Assembly (NCBI GenBank): GCA_035193785.1
Contig: CP136572.1
Coordinates: 4,372,578-4,436,577, forward strand
From: Planktothrix sp. GU0601_MAG3
Lineage (GTDB): Bacteria > Cyanobacteriota > Cyanobacteriia > Cyanobacteriales > Microcoleaceae
Direction: 5' to 3'
Length of the DNA stretch: 64,000 nucleotides
The notes under the pieces: generated by a model
Databases searched by the model: none
Seen by the model: the letters and a program-made list of their open reading frames with translations, nothing else
Told to the model about the DNA's origin: nothing
Position numbers and translations under genes: made by a program
In this document: positions 46,093-58,181 of the stretch, one piece after another
How positions within the stretch are numbered: the stretch's first letter is position 1
How the letters are laid out: each line of letters opens with the position of its first letter

Positions 46093-47346
46093 GTGAACAC
46101 TTATAATTCTCCTTTAACAGCTTTACAACGGGGTAACTGGTTCAAACTCATTTGCGGAGCCAGTTATCAACACTTGCCTGCCATCCGAAATTTAACCTTA
46201 GCCTACACCTTAGCCGGGGCGGACTGTATTGATGTGGCGGCTGACCCGGCGGTGATTACGGTGGCTCAGGAGGCTTTAAACCGGGCCGAATTTCTGGGTG
46301 CACAGGCTCAAACCCTGGGGTTTGGCTATCGCTATCGACCATGGTTAATGGTCAGCTTGAATGATGGTGAAGATCCGCATTTTCGTAAGGCGCAGTTTGA
46401 GGCTACCGCTTGTCCTGAAAGTTGTTGGCGACCTTGCGAAACGGTTTGTCCCACGGGAGCGATCGCATTTTCCCCCCTAAAATCCGGTGTCATCGATGAA
46501 CTGTGCTATGGCTGCGGACGCTGTATTTCCGTCTGTCCAGTGGATTTGATTGATGCTAGGTCTTATGTTTTTCGCCCGGATGAGATTGCACCCCTGGTGT
46601 TACAAACTGGGATAGACGCCTTAGAAATTCATACTCAGGTAGGAAGGGAAAAAGATTTTCAACGACTCTGGAATAGTATCCAACCCTATTTAGAAAAACT
46701 CAAACTGGTGGCAATTAGCTGCCCGGATGGGGAGGGGGTCGTCAACTATCTAAAAACCTTATCTGAAATGATCCTACCCCTGAATTGTCCCTTAATCTGG
46801 CAAACCGATGGCCGACCCATGAGTGGCGATATTGGGGCGGGGACAACCTGGGCGAGTGTGAAGTTGTGCCAAAAAATTTTGGCGGCGAACTTACCGGGAT
46901 ATGTGCAGCTTGCGGGTGGCACAAACGATTATACTGTAGCCAAGCTCAAATCCCTTGGGCTTTTACCGCCAACAGTTATAGATGATCCCGTGCTTAACTC
47001 CGTTTTTCCCAATCCTGATCAACAAACTCAGACCATCGGTGGAAAACAGTTACGGTCAGTTAATTCTGGTCATCGGGTGGCGGGTGTTGCCTATGGTAGC
47101 TATGCCCGCGTCCTGTTGTCACCTATTTTAGAACAGTTAGAATCCCGATCCACGACCGAACTTCAAAGAGATACTTTTCAACGGCAGGACACCCTCATCG
47201 ACGGGTCTCAACCTTTGAGTCAGAAGCAGACGCTTTCCTCCGTCGAGACGCGCCCTAGCCTGTCTGTATACTGGAAGCTCACCCGGAGTTGCTCTGGCAA
47301 GCGGTTGGTCAAGCCTCAACCCTTGTCTCCCAAATTAAATCAGTGA
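46093..47346 (+). CDS. ldpA: Circadian input iron-sulfur protein LdpA
   Basis: 'WFKLICGASYQHL', 'DGEDPHFRKA', two 4Fe-4S motifs, 'WQTDGRPMSGDIG'; the C-terminal ~25 aa may be out of frame. Confidence 0.9.
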   Translation: MNTYNSPLTALQRGNWFKLICGASYQHLPAIRNLTLAYTLAGADCIDVAADPAVITVAQEALNRAEFLGAQAQTLGFGYRYRPWLMVSLNDGEDPHFRKAQFEATACPESCWRPCETVCPTGAIAFSPLKSGVIDELCYGCGRCISVCPVDLIDARSYVFRPDEIAPLVLQTGIDALEIHTQVGREKDFQRLWNSIQPYLEKLKLVAISCPDGEGVVNYLKTLSEMILPLNCPLIWQTDGRPMSGDIGAGTTWASVKLCQKILAANLPGYVQLAGGTNDYTVAKLKSLGLLPPTVIDDPVLNSVFPNPDQQTQTIGGKQLRSVNSGHRVAGVAYGSYARVLLSPILEQLESRSTTELQRDTFQRQDTLIDGSQPLSQKQTLSSVETRPSLSVYWKLTRSCSGKRLVKPQPLSPKLNQ

Positions 47347-47470
47347 TCAGTGATCAGTGATCAGTGAATAAAATAAAAAGTTTTACTGATAACAACTCAT
47401 AAATAACTGCTAAAATATGACTGATTCATCACCGATAACTGATAATTGTTTACTGATAAATGATAAGAGT

Positions 47471-49211
47471 ATGCAAATTACAGACGACCTGAACAAATTA
47501 CTCTCGATTGTTCCTGATGAGATTCGGCAGAATTTGCAACAGCATCCCCAACGCGACAGTCTGATTGAGATTGTGATGGATTTGGGACGTCTTCCAGAGG
47601 CTCGTTTTCCCTCCAAAGCAGAATATCTCTCGACTATCCCTGTCTCCTTGGACGATCTGGAACATTGTATTGTGCAGATTGGGGAGTTTAGCGGGGATAA
47701 CCGGGCTGGGATTGAGCAAACCCTACATCGAATTAGTGCCATCCGCAACCGGACGGGAAAGGTGATTGGTTTAACCTGTCGGGTGGGTCGAGCCATCTTT
47801 GGCAAGATTGGCATGATTCGAGATTTAGTAGAAACGGGTCAATCTATTCTCTTGCTCGGTCGTCCGGGGGTGGGAAAAACCACGGCATTGCGAGAAATTA
47901 CTCGTGTGTTAGCCGATGAACTGGAAAAACGGGTAGTTATTATTGATACCTCTAATGAAATTGCCGGGGATGGAGATATCCCCCATCCTGCTATTGGCCG
48001 GGCGCGTCGGATGCAGGTGGCTCGTCCCGAACTACAACATCAAGTCATGATTGAGGCGGTGGAGAACCATATGCCGGAGGTGATCGTAATTGATGAGATT
48101 GGGACAGAACTGGAGGCATTAGCGGCGCGAACCATTGCGGAACGGGGGGTACAATTGATTGGTACGGCCCATGGCAACCGGATTGAGAATTTGATGAAAA
48201 ACCCCACCCTTGCCGATTTGATTGGGGGCATTCAGGCGGTGACCCTGGGGGATGATGAGGCTCGACGTCGAGGTTCTCAAAAGACGGTCTTGGAGAGGAA
48301 AGCACCCCCGACCTTTGACATTGCGGTGGAAATGTTGGAACAGCAACGCTGGGTGGTGCATGAATCCGTGGCGACGACGATTGATCATCTGTTGCGGGGA
48401 ATGCAGCCGATCTTGCAGGTCAGAACTATGAATGATGAGGGTGAAGTCGAAATTTTTGAAGAACGATATACTCCCCTTTCCCCGGTTCCAAATTCTGGAC
48501 GCTCAACGATGAAATCCCGTGAACCTGTGGCCACAATTCCCGGCGTTCGGGGGTTGCGGGGGTCGGGGAAAATGATGCCTTTACCAGTAGAAAATCCGGC
48601 ACCGGAATCTCAATATTTTGAACAACTCCTGGAAGAGTCTTTTTCTGGGGTGATTCCTTTACATCCTGATGAAGAATTTACCTTCATTAATAAATTAGGA
48701 GAGGGTTCACAGTTAAGTATTTATCCCTATGGGGTTCCTCGTCATCAAATTGAACAGGTGATCCAAATGTTGTCTTTACCTGTGATTTTGACCAAGGATA
48801 TCGATAGTGCGGATGTGGTGTTGGCGTTGCGATCGCATATTAGGAATCAATCCAAAATTCGCCATGTTGCTAAAACTCGTCAAGTTCCGATTCATACTAT
48901 AAAATCAGGAACAGCCCCTCAAATTGCCCGAGCCCTGCGACGTTTGCTACAAATGGAAGATCCCAGTACCCCAGAAATTGCGGATTTGAATTTGTTTGTG
49001 GCCAGTGGTTCTTCCGATGAAATTGAAGCATTAGAAGAAGCCCGTTTAGCAGTGGAACAAATTGTGATTCCCAAAGGACAACCGGTAGAATTACTGCCTC
49101 GGTCTCCCCAAGTCAGAAAAATGCAGCATGAATTGGTGGAACATTATCGGTTGAAATCTAATAGTTTTGGGGAAGAAACCCAACCGTCGTTTAAGAATTT
49201 ATCCAGCCTAA
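47471..49211 (+). CDS. Ycf45-like SpoIIIAA-type AAA ATPase with R3H domain (frameshift at 49175)
   Basis: 'MDLGRLPEARF', 'GRPGVGKTT', 'DTSNEIAGDGD', 'IDEIGT', R3H 'RKMQH'. Confidence 0.88.
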
Positions 49212-49406
49212 GTCAGTCATCAGTCATCAGTTAACAGTCATCAGTTATCAGTTAACAGTTGGCAGTTATTAGTTAACAGTTATTAGTTAATAAACCAACA
49301 GTTAGTTAACTAATAACTAATAACTCTTAAACTGATAAATGATGACTGATTTTGATTGACTCTTAAACTGATAAATGCTGACTGTTAACTGATAACTGAT
49401 TGTTGT

Positions 49407-50963
49407 ATGGAACTTGAACTAATCGAACTTTTTATTCATCTGATTACCAGTCAAACCGGGTTGTTTATTCGTTGGCAAGACTATGATGGACTGGCTGAAA
49501 AAATTAAGATCAGAGTTAAATATTTAAAATTACCAAACCCTAAAGTTTACTTAAATTTATTAAGTACCGATAGCCCCCAGAGTCGAGAGGAGTGGAAACA
49601 ATTAATTCCTTTAATTACAACGATTGAAAGTTATTTTTTTAGAGATCAAGGCCAAATTAATCTCTTGCAAACTGTGGTTTTACCAGAGTTAATTAAATTG
49701 CGGCAAGGGACAAAAAGTTTAACCCTGTGGAGCGCCGGATGTTCGACGGGAGAAGAACCCTACACCCTGTCTATTTTGCTTCAACAGTTGATTCCAGACT
49801 GGGGAAGTTGGAATCTTCAGATTTTGGGGACTGATGTGAATGAACAAGCCCTAACAAAAGCCAGTCAAGGCTTATATACGGCTTGGTCTTTTCGCATGGT
49901 GGACTCATCACTCAAACATCGATATTTTATGCGACAAGGAGAAGATTGGAAAATTAATTTTTTGACTCAAAGTTCTGTTCAATTTTTTAATTTGAATTTA
50001 GTTAAAGATGCCTATTGTTATCCTAATTATACCCCGATTCAAGAAGTGGATTTAATTATTTGCCGGAATGTTTTTGTTTATTTTGAAAAAGACTATATTA
50101 ATCAAGTAATTTCTAAGTTTTTTAATGCTTTAAAACCGGGAGGTTATTTAATTACCGGACACGCTGAATTACAAGGCACAGAAAATATTGAAAAATTTCA
50201 AGCAAAAATTTATCCCGAATCCATGATTTATCAACGACCTATTGATTTATTTAAAGCGCCCTTAACCATTAACCCCAAATTAATTATTGATGTGGATAAT
50301 AGCTGGAATAATCTATTATATTCTTCTCGGAAATCTCAGGAGCCATACCCTAAAACCAATCAGGGCGAGAATCATCCACCTGAAATTTTCAATTTACCCT
50401 CAAAAAACTTAGAAGAAGCAAAAAGATATTTTAAAAATAAACAGTATTCAGCCGCGATTCAAAAGGCTGAACAATTCATTCAAACTTCTGAATACTCTTT
50501 AAAAAATCAGAATTTCACAATTGGAGAACCAGAAAAAAATCATAGCCTAAAATCCCAAAGTAGATTTGATGCCTATTATTTATTAGCACAAGCATGGGCA
50601 AATCTCGGACAATATGAGAAATCTATATCCTACTGTAAAAAAGCTATTGAAATAGATTCTTTATCTATATTACCTTATTATTTACTCCTACATATCGCTC
50701 AGGAACAGGAGGATTTAGTCGGGGCAAAGTTATTGTCCAAACGAATTATTTATCTGCTTCCCTCCTCCATTCCAGCCTATCTGGAACTGGCATCAATTTA
50801 TGAACGGGAAGGAGATCATACCCGAGCAGCTAAAATGTATAGTAACGCTTTAGCTCTGCTCAAATCCCTACCTCTGACCATGGGGATTGAACATTTGGAA
50901 GGAGTTACGGCTCAAGATTTAATTGTTTTTTTAGAAAATAAACATTTGACTATTGACCGTTAA
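49407..50963 (+). CDS. cheR: CheR methyltransferase with C-terminal TPRs
   Basis: 'ESYFFRD', 'WSAGCSTGEEPY', 'DLIICRNVFVYF', 'LKPGGYL..GHAE'. Confidence 0.9.
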   Translation: MELELIELFIHLITSQTGLFIRWQDYDGLAEKIKIRVKYLKLPNPKVYLNLLSTDSPQSREEWKQLIPLITTIESYFFRDQGQINLLQTVVLPELIKLRQGTKSLTLWSAGCSTGEEPYTLSILLQQLIPDWGSWNLQILGTDVNEQALTKASQGLYTAWSFRMVDSSLKHRYFMRQGEDWKINFLTQSSVQFFNLNLVKDAYCYPNYTPIQEVDLIICRNVFVYFEKDYINQVISKFFNALKPGGYLITGHAELQGTENIEKFQAKIYPESMIYQRPIDLFKAPLTINPKLIIDVDNSWNNLLYSSRKSQEPYPKTNQGENHPPEIFNLPSKNLEEAKRYFKNKQYSAAIQKAEQFIQTSEYSLKNQNFTIGEPEKNHSLKSQSRFDAYYLLAQAWANLGQYEKSISYCKKAIEIDSLSILPYYLLLHIAQEQEDLVGAKLLSKRIIYLLPSSIPAYLELASIYEREGDHTRAAKMYSNALALLKSLPLTMGIEHLEGVTAQDLIVFLENKHLTIDR

Positions 50964-51011
50964 CTGTTAGCCGTTTACCGTTTACTAATAACTGTTTACT
51001 AATCACTGATT

Positions 51012-52095
51012 ATGGCTTATTTAATTTTTGCACTGAAGTCGATGCGTTATGCCATCATAGCTTCTGTAGTTGAAGAAATTTTTTTCCTACCGGAATTAAC
51101 ACCAATTCCCGCCGCCCCGGCTGATTTAGTGGGTTTAATTAATTTGCGTGGAGAGTTACTTCCCGTGATTGATTTAACCATTCGATTAGGTTATCCTGAA
51201 CCGAATTATGCTTTATCTGATAGCGTGATTATTTTAAAATTCAATAATATTAGATTAGGGATTATTGTCACCCAAGTTTATGAAGTCAAGATGATTGCTA
51301 AGGATGAAATTAAAACTGAATTAACCTATAATTTTCAAAAGGAATTTGATCAGATTCATCCATCCTATTATCTTCAAGGAGTAACTCAAGTCGATGAGCA
51401 TTTGGTCATGGTTTTAAATCCAGAAACCCTGATTCAATATATTAGTCACTCCCTCCCAGATTTTAATTTAGAGCAAATCAATCCCGAAGGAAATCAATCC
51501 CCTATCCAGGGGGAATCCTCAAGAAAGCATAATTTTAGACAACTACAAAACTATATTTTTTCGACCAATGCTACCCCAGAAGAAACGTCGGATTTTTCAA
51601 GAGCGAGCCAAAAATTTAAGGAATACTATTGATGATCAAGATTTTGCTGGGTTAATTCCTCTAGCAGTGATCAGTTTAAATGGAGAATATTTTGGGGTTA
51701 ACCTAGAGATTATCCGAGAGTTTACAGACATTCATCATACTACACCGATTCCCTGTACTCCCCCCCATATTGTGGGAAATATGAACTTACGCGGGGAAAT
51801 ATTAACCCTAGTGAATATTCGAGGCTTAGTGAATTTGCCTTTACAAACCTCTCAGGTATTATCCAAGGCTATGATTGTTAAAATTAATGATATTGTGGCT
51901 GGAATTATAGTAGAAGGAATTTTTGATGTCATATACTTAAAAGAATCCGAGATTAAAACCATTCCCACGGCGGTTCATCTCAAACAGGATGAATACTTAC
52001 AAGGGACAGCTTTTTATCAAGACAAAATGATCAGCATTCTGAATGTGGCAAAAATTATGACCCAGGGAGAATTATTTGTTGATCAAGAGGTTTAA
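51012..52095 (+). CDS. cheW: Tandem CheW-CheW coupling protein (frameshift at 51582)
   Basis: Two CheW domains ('GLINLRGELLPV' and 'GNMNLRGEILTLV') fused after one-base correction. Confidence 0.85.
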
Positions 52096-52157
52096 TCCTG
52101 GATAAAATAGATTTGATGAATTTTATAATCAACCATCACCCAGCAAAAAGAGATTAT

Positions 52158-53603
52158 ATGTTTAACGATTTGAAATTAAGAGAAAAGTTATTATTAGGGT
52201 ATAGTATCCCCGTGTTTTTATTTATGGGATTAACCGCATTGGTGTATACCAATATTAATCAGGTATCTAGCACTTTCAAAGAAGCGGAAAGGGTTCAGGA
52301 GGTAATTTTAAAAGTCAACGTTATAGAACGTGGTGCCCAAGGGATGGTTCGGAGCTTAAGGGGATATTTAGCCCTCAAAAATCAAGATTTTTTAGCGGAA
52401 TATAATTCCGGTTTAGCCCTGTATCGAGAATCGGCTAAAACATTGGAATCCTTAGTTTATCGTCCCGAGCAAAAACAACGGTTACAAAAACTTGATAACT
52501 TAGTGAATCAATACGATCAAATTGCGCAACAAGTTTTTATCTTAGCCAATCAAGGAAAATTGTCTGAAGCCGTTGAAAAAGCTCGCACTGGCACTCAATA
52601 TGTAGTTGAGTTTGATCGAATTAGTGATGAATTTTCGACCACAGAAGCTAATCTTTTAACTCTGGAAAGAACGAAAACAAAAGAATCATTGGAGGGACTA
52701 TTAACAACGCTGGTGTTTGGAGCTTTTCTCATTTTAGTTACGGTGATTATTATTGCCCTATTAATTGCGCTTAATATTGGTGGAACCATTCATCAAGCCA
52801 CACAAGTTATCGCCACTTCCTCCACCGAAATTGCGGCTACCCTCGCCGAACAAGAACGAACAGCCAATCAACAAGCGAGTTCTGTCCATGAAACGACAAC
52901 AACGATGGACGAATTGAGCGCTTCCTCTCAATCAACGGCGGAACAAGCAGAGTCTGCAACCTATGGAGCTAGACAGGTTTTAGGATTAACAGAAGGGGGA
53001 AAGCAAGCGGTCGATAGTACCTTAGAAGGGATGAAAAATCTTCAACAAAAAGTTGAAGTGATCGCCCAACAAATTATTCGTTTAAGTGAACAAACTAATC
53101 AAATTGGGAATATTTCTGAATTGGTCAGTGATTTAGCCAATCAAACCAATATGTTAGCCCTGAATGCTGCTGTAGAGGCAGTTAGGGCCGGAGAACATGG
53201 TAAAGGATTTGCGGTTGTTGCCACTGAAATCAGAAAACTAGCAGATGAAAGTAAAAAATCCGCCTTAAAAATCAATACCCTCGTTGCCGATATTTTAACT
53301 TCTATTAATTCAACGGTTATGGCAACGGAAGAAGGGACAAAAACCGTCCTATCTAATGCAGAACTTACCCGGGAAACCGCAGATGTTTTTGCTGGGGTCG
53401 CGGAATCGGTGAATAATGTAGTATTGAATAATCAGCAAATTTCCCTTAATGTTAAGCAACAAGCGATCGCAATTGGACAGGTTTTAGAGGCGATGAATTC
53501 TTTAAGTCAGGGGGTTGGAGAAACCGCTAATGGATTAAATCAAGCTAAAATTGGAATGCAAAAATTGAATGAAGTCGCGTTAAATTTGAACTCAATTGTT
53601 TAA
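52158..53603 (+). CDS. Methyl-accepting chemotaxis protein (CHASE3-like periplasmic domain)
   Basis: Two TM helices; 'QTNMLALNAAVEAVRAGEHGKGFAVVA.EIRKLA'. Confidence 0.92.
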   Translation: MFNDLKLREKLLLGYSIPVFLFMGLTALVYTNINQVSSTFKEAERVQEVILKVNVIERGAQGMVRSLRGYLALKNQDFLAEYNSGLALYRESAKTLESLVYRPEQKQRLQKLDNLVNQYDQIAQQVFILANQGKLSEAVEKARTGTQYVVEFDRISDEFSTTEANLLTLERTKTKESLEGLLTTLVFGAFLILVTVIIIALLIALNIGGTIHQATQVIATSSTEIAATLAEQERTANQQASSVHETTTTMDELSASSQSTAEQAESATYGARQVLGLTEGGKQAVDSTLEGMKNLQQKVEVIAQQIIRLSEQTNQIGNISELVSDLANQTNMLALNAAVEAVRAGEHGKGFAVVATEIRKLADESKKSALKINTLVADILTSINSTVMATEEGTKTVLSNAELTRETADVFAGVAESVNNVVLNNQQISLNVKQQAIAIGQVLEAMNSLSQGVGETANGLNQAKIGMQKLNEVALNLNSIV

Positions 53604-53623
53604 TATAGTAATAGCACCGGAAT

Positions 53624-55030
53624 ATGTTAAAAATTAATGGTTTAAGGTACTGGATTATTGTCGGCTATTTAATTCCAATTCTACTCTCTATATTAGTAGC
53701 TGGAGTTGTATCCTCCAATGTTGAAAAAGTTCGTAAAACCACCCTAGAAGTCCAAACATCCGGTGATGCCATGCAAGCGATTAATAACTTGGCTTTGGCG
53801 ACAAAAGACTTAACAATTGCTGCCCAGGGATATATTTTAGTTAAAAATCCTCAATCCCATGAGTTGTATAAAAATGCTGAATCTCTTTATCATCAATCAT
53901 TGGTAGATGTTAAAAGACTCATTCCCAATCCTGAAGTGATTCAAGATTTAGATAATTTAACCACATCGGTAGATCAATTAGAAGAATACTATTCCTCATT
54001 GTTTAAATTAATTAATAATAATCAAGTTGACCAAGCCCTCGGGATTTGGAAGCAAGGAAAAGGTACGGAACTATCAACAGTGGTTTTGCAGAAAACTCAA
54101 AAACTGATCGCCTCAGAAATTCAACAGGTAGAGACGTACCATCAACGGCAAAATGACGCTTTAGATCACCTGATGAATGCGGTTTTGAGCGGAACAGTAG
54201 CAACGGTATTTTGCTCGGTTTTATTGGGCATTGGACTCATTACGCTGATCTTTAAACGGATTAATCAAGAAGCCTCTCAAATTCTGCAAGCCTCTCAAGA
54301 ATTAGTCAGTATTATGGAATCTCAAGAACGAGTCACTGTTCAGCAGGCAAGTTCAGTGAATGAAACCACAGCTAGTATGGATGAATTAGGGGCATCAAGT
54401 CACCAATCTGCGGAACAAGCATCAACGGCCTCCGCCGGAGCGAATCAAGTTTTACTCCTAGCAGGTGGTGAGCAAAAATCATTTTCTGAAACTGGTAATA
54501 ACTTCAGTTTGAAAATAAAAATGGAACAATTACAACAGCAAATTATGCGTTTAAGTGAACATTTAGGAAAAATTTATAGTATTACCAATGTGGTTACGGA
54601 TTTAGCAAATCAAACTAATATGTTAGCTTTAAATGCTTCTGTAGAAGCTGTTAGAGCCGGAGAAAATGGTAAGGGATTTGGGGTTATAGCATCTGAAATT
54701 CGTAAACTTTCCGATCAAAGCCGCAAATCAGCCGAAAAAATTAGTTTAATTGTCACCGATATTCAAACGGCGACTAATTTAACCGTGAGGGTGACAGAGG
54801 AAGGCTCGAAATCCGTTGAAGATATTGTTCATGCAATTAATGACGTTGCGATTAATTTACAACAAATTTCCCTGAATACCAAACAGCAGTCGATTGCAGT
54901 TGAACAAGTGGTCGATGCCATGAATAATCTAAATTTTGTTTCAACAGGAATGGCGGCCAGCATCAACCAAACCAAACAGGGAGTTCAAAAGTTAAATGAA
55001 ACCGCCAAAAATCTGCAAACTCTGGTTTAA
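53624..55030 (+). CDS. Methyl-accepting chemotaxis protein (second, shorter signalling domain)
   Basis: Two TM helices; 'QTNMLALNASVEAVRAGENGKGFGVIASEIRKLS'. Confidence 0.92.
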   Translation: MLKINGLRYWIIVGYLIPILLSILVAGVVSSNVEKVRKTTLEVQTSGDAMQAINNLALATKDLTIAAQGYILVKNPQSHELYKNAESLYHQSLVDVKRLIPNPEVIQDLDNLTTSVDQLEEYYSSLFKLINNNQVDQALGIWKQGKGTELSTVVLQKTQKLIASEIQQVETYHQRQNDALDHLMNAVLSGTVATVFCSVLLGIGLITLIFKRINQEASQILQASQELVSIMESQERVTVQQASSVNETTASMDELGASSHQSAEQASTASAGANQVLLLAGGEQKSFSETGNNFSLKIKMEQLQQQIMRLSEHLGKIYSITNVVTDLANQTNMLALNASVEAVRAGENGKGFGVIASEIRKLSDQSRKSAEKISLIVTDIQTATNLTVRVTEEGSKSVEDIVHAINDVAINLQQISLNTKQQSIAVEQVVDAMNNLNFVSTGMAASINQTKQGVQKLNETAKNLQTLV

Positions 55031-55069
55031 TCGTTAAAAATTGAATTACATTGACAGGATGAAATAATT

Positions 55070-57510
55070 ATGATGATTGAAGATGACGAACTCCGGGAAG
55101 TTTTTAAAACCGCCAGTGAAGAACATTTACAGAATTTGGATGAGGGCTTATTGTATCTGGAAAAAAATCCCAACGATCCAGCTAAATTAGAAGAATTATT
55201 GCGAGAAGCCCATAGCCTGAAAGGGGATGCGGGGATGTTAGGGGTCAAAGATGTTGCCACTTTATCCCATCAAATCGAACACCTATTAGGGGGGTTAAAA
55301 CGTCAAGAAACGACTCTCACAGTGGATTTAGTGGATCGAATTTCCTATGGGATTGATGCGATTCGTCAATTAGTTTATGCGGCGGTGACCGGAGAACCCT
55401 GTGAGATTAATGCCTTTCATAGTTTGGCCTATATGATGGGAGCCAAACCCGAAACACCGACGGATGCAATTTCAGCAATACCGACGCTGCCCCCCGAACC
55501 TGCTCCCCCCGATACCCCGGCTCCCCCTGACACCCCGGCTCCTCCTGCTCCCCCGGAAACCCGATGAAACGCCTATTCTAGTGACGACGGTAGCCGAAGC
55601 GATGAACACTAAGCCTCCTTTGACGGCCAGTCGCAACTCTACCTATAAAATTGAAACCATTCGAGTCCCGACACGCAATTTAGATGGGTTAATGACTCAA
55701 ACCGGAGAATTAACGGTAACAAAAATTCGGATTGCCCATCGGTTAAATGAAATTGAAGACCTGGTGAGTTTATGGGAAGAATGGAGTCGAGATGCGTTTG
55801 TGAATCGGTTTGTAGTTTATGACCTAGAAAATAACCTCAATCGTCATCTTTCGGAAAGGGGAACGATGGGGCAACTCCAAAATTATTATCATCGTAGTAC
55901 GGAACGTTTAGAACAGTTGGGATCTTTAATTAATCAACTGAGAAATACTTTTTCTGAGGATATTGCCCGCTTAGATATTATTAGTGATGAACTCGAAGAT
56001 GGAGTCAGAACCTTACGCTTATTACCCCTATCAACTATTTTTAATTTGTTTCCCCGCATGGTACGCGATTTAGCACGACAACAGGGAAAAGAAATTGAAT
56101 TAGTGATTGCTGGTGGAGAAACCCTTGCGGATAAACGGATTTTAGAGGAAATGAAAGATCCGTTAATGCACATTTTAAGAAATGCAATTGATCATGGGAT
56201 TGAAACCCCAGAAGAACGGCAAAGATCAGGGAAATCGGCGATCGCAAAAATCGAATTACGGGGGTATCAAACCGCCACCCATATTGTGTTATCAGTTTGT
56301 GATGATGGTCGGGGATTGGATATCGAAAAAATCAAACAAACTGCTTTAAAAAGGGGAATTTGCCAACAGGAAGAATTATTGGGCATGACTCCACAACAAA
56401 TCCATGGTTTAATTTTTGCCCCAGGTTTTACTACCCGAACTGTTGTGACAGAAGTATCGGGACGGGGAGTAGGAATGGATGTGGTGCGAACCAATGTAGA
56501 ACATTTAAAAGGCATTATTCAAGTTGAATCTTCCCCAGGAAGGGGTTGTTTATTTCGGATTCAATTAGGAACTACCTTAGCAACGGCTCATGTTTTAATA
56601 GTATCGGTTCAGGGGATTTCCTATGCCATTCCCGTCGAATTTGTCCAAATGACGCGATTAGTTCAGGCGAATGAAATTTTTGCCATTGAAGGTCGAGAAA
56701 CGATTGTTTTTGAAGACCAACCGATTTCCGTAGCTCAACTAGCTGATTTATTAGAAATTCGTGGGATTCCCTCTCAGATTGAAGTGGAACCTCCGGTTTC
56801 TAAGGAATCCAAATCTCGTTTTTCTATTTCCCCATCTTTTGTACAAAAAAATCCCAGTTATTCAACGATGGACTTGGCTTCACCCTGCATTATTTTAAAA
56901 GTAGGAGAAGAAAAATTAGGATTATTTGTTGATGCTTTAATTGATGAGCAAGATGTGGTTTTAAAACCCCAAAGCCAACTATTAAAACGGGTCAGAAATG
57001 TAGCGGGAGCCACGATTTTAGGAACGGGGGAAGTCTGTATTATTTTAAGTCCTCAAGATTTAATTAAATCCATTCGCAAACAAGCGGGTGTGCTCAGTTC
57101 CCCCATCATTCTATCTCCTATAACTATTCAGAATCCTTCTGCGGTTAAACCAGTTATTTTATTAGTTGAAGATTCAATTGCTACTCGCACCCAAGAAAAA
57201 CGAATTTTAGAAGCCGCTGGCTATGAAGTGGTAACGGCGGTGGATGGATTAGATGGGTTTAATAAACTTAGCACTCGTGCTTTTGATGCGGTGGTTTCTG
57301 ATATTCAGATGCCTAATTTAGATGGGTTAAGTTTAGCAAAAAAAATTCGCCAGCACCATGAATATAGAGAAACTACCGATTATTTTGGTCACTTCCCTAG
57401 CTTCCGATGAAGATAAGCGCAAAGGTGCAGAAGCCGGGGCAAATGCTTATATTACTAAAGCGTCTTTCAATCAAGAAGTTTTGATCGAGACTCTAAAAAG
57501 ATTAGTTTGA
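55070..57510 (+). CDS. cheA: CheA-CheY hybrid kinase (frameshifts at 55556 and 57369)
   Basis: Hpt 'REAHSLKG', 'HILRNAIDHGIE', 'DDGRG', 'SGRGVGMDVV', CheW domain, REC 'VSDIQMP'. Confidence 0.92.
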
Positions 57511-57598
57511 TATTCTCCGGTCTAAGGACGCCAGGGCAATATATTAAACTTTTATAGTGCCACCAATTAAGGTTAGGAAAATACTCAACCTTTTTTTC

Positions 57599-58051
57599 CT
57601 AACAATATTGTAAAAACTGTTCGGGAAATAGAATTAATTCTCCCGATTTAAACAGTTCTATGGGAACCCATAACGCCTTTTTCTTGCGTTTCTTTTCCAT
57701 GAATTTTAGTTCCTCTAATTCATAGAATTTCAGATCAACAAAATCACAGCTATATAGTTGAATTAATTCATGTTGGATGTTATTCTCATAAACAAAAATA
57801 TTCTCTAAACAGCCCAAATAATCAATATTGGTTAATTCTGCTTGAATTTCTTCTTTAAATTCTCGCTTCAAGGCATCCAGACTTGATTCTCCAAAATCAA
57901 TTCCTCCTCCTAAAGCTCGATAGAAAGTTTTTTGTTTACTGGTATCATAGCCCTGGGAAACGAAAACTTGATGGCCATGGCTACTTCGCTGCTCATCACG
58001 ATTTTGAATTAATCCTAATGCTAAAACTCGGATTTTACTAGATTTAGACAT
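57599..58051 (-). CDS. NUDIX hydrolase
   Basis: Nudix box 'GGGIDFGESSLDALKREFKEE'. Confidence 0.85.
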   Translation of the reverse strand: MSKSSKIRVLALGLIQNRDEQRSSHGHQVFVSQGYDTSKQKTFYRALGGGIDFGESSLDALKREFKEEIQAELTNIDYLGCLENIFVYENNIQHELIQLYSCDFVDLKFYELEELKFMEKKRKKKALWVPIELFKSGELILFPEQFLQYC

Positions 58052-58056
58052 AAGAT

Positions 58057-58150
58057 ATAGCAATGGGGAATAGGCAATGGGCAATGGGCAATGGGTAAAT
58101 AGTTACTGTGAGCAGCTTTTAGCTTTCAAGAATGCCCTAACAGATGCGAA
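58057..58150 (+). mobile_element. MITE-like element, homologue of the outer element at 45704 without the inner insertion
   Basis: tatagcaat...ggcaat repeats...ggtaaatagttactgtgagcagcttttagctttcaagaatgccctaacagat aligns with 45704-45775 plus 45873-45910. Confidence 0.7.
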
Positions 58151-58181
58151 TATCAAGACGCGACTTAGGGCGCCCCTGGGA

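Noticed and set aside
47140..47360. Possible frameshift near the ldpA C-terminus (another frame reads ...ILEAHPELLWQAV...)
   Set aside because: I could not locate the site and it does not fit the extra-base GAAC pattern, so it is excluded from the motif count. It may be an exception or a real variant.
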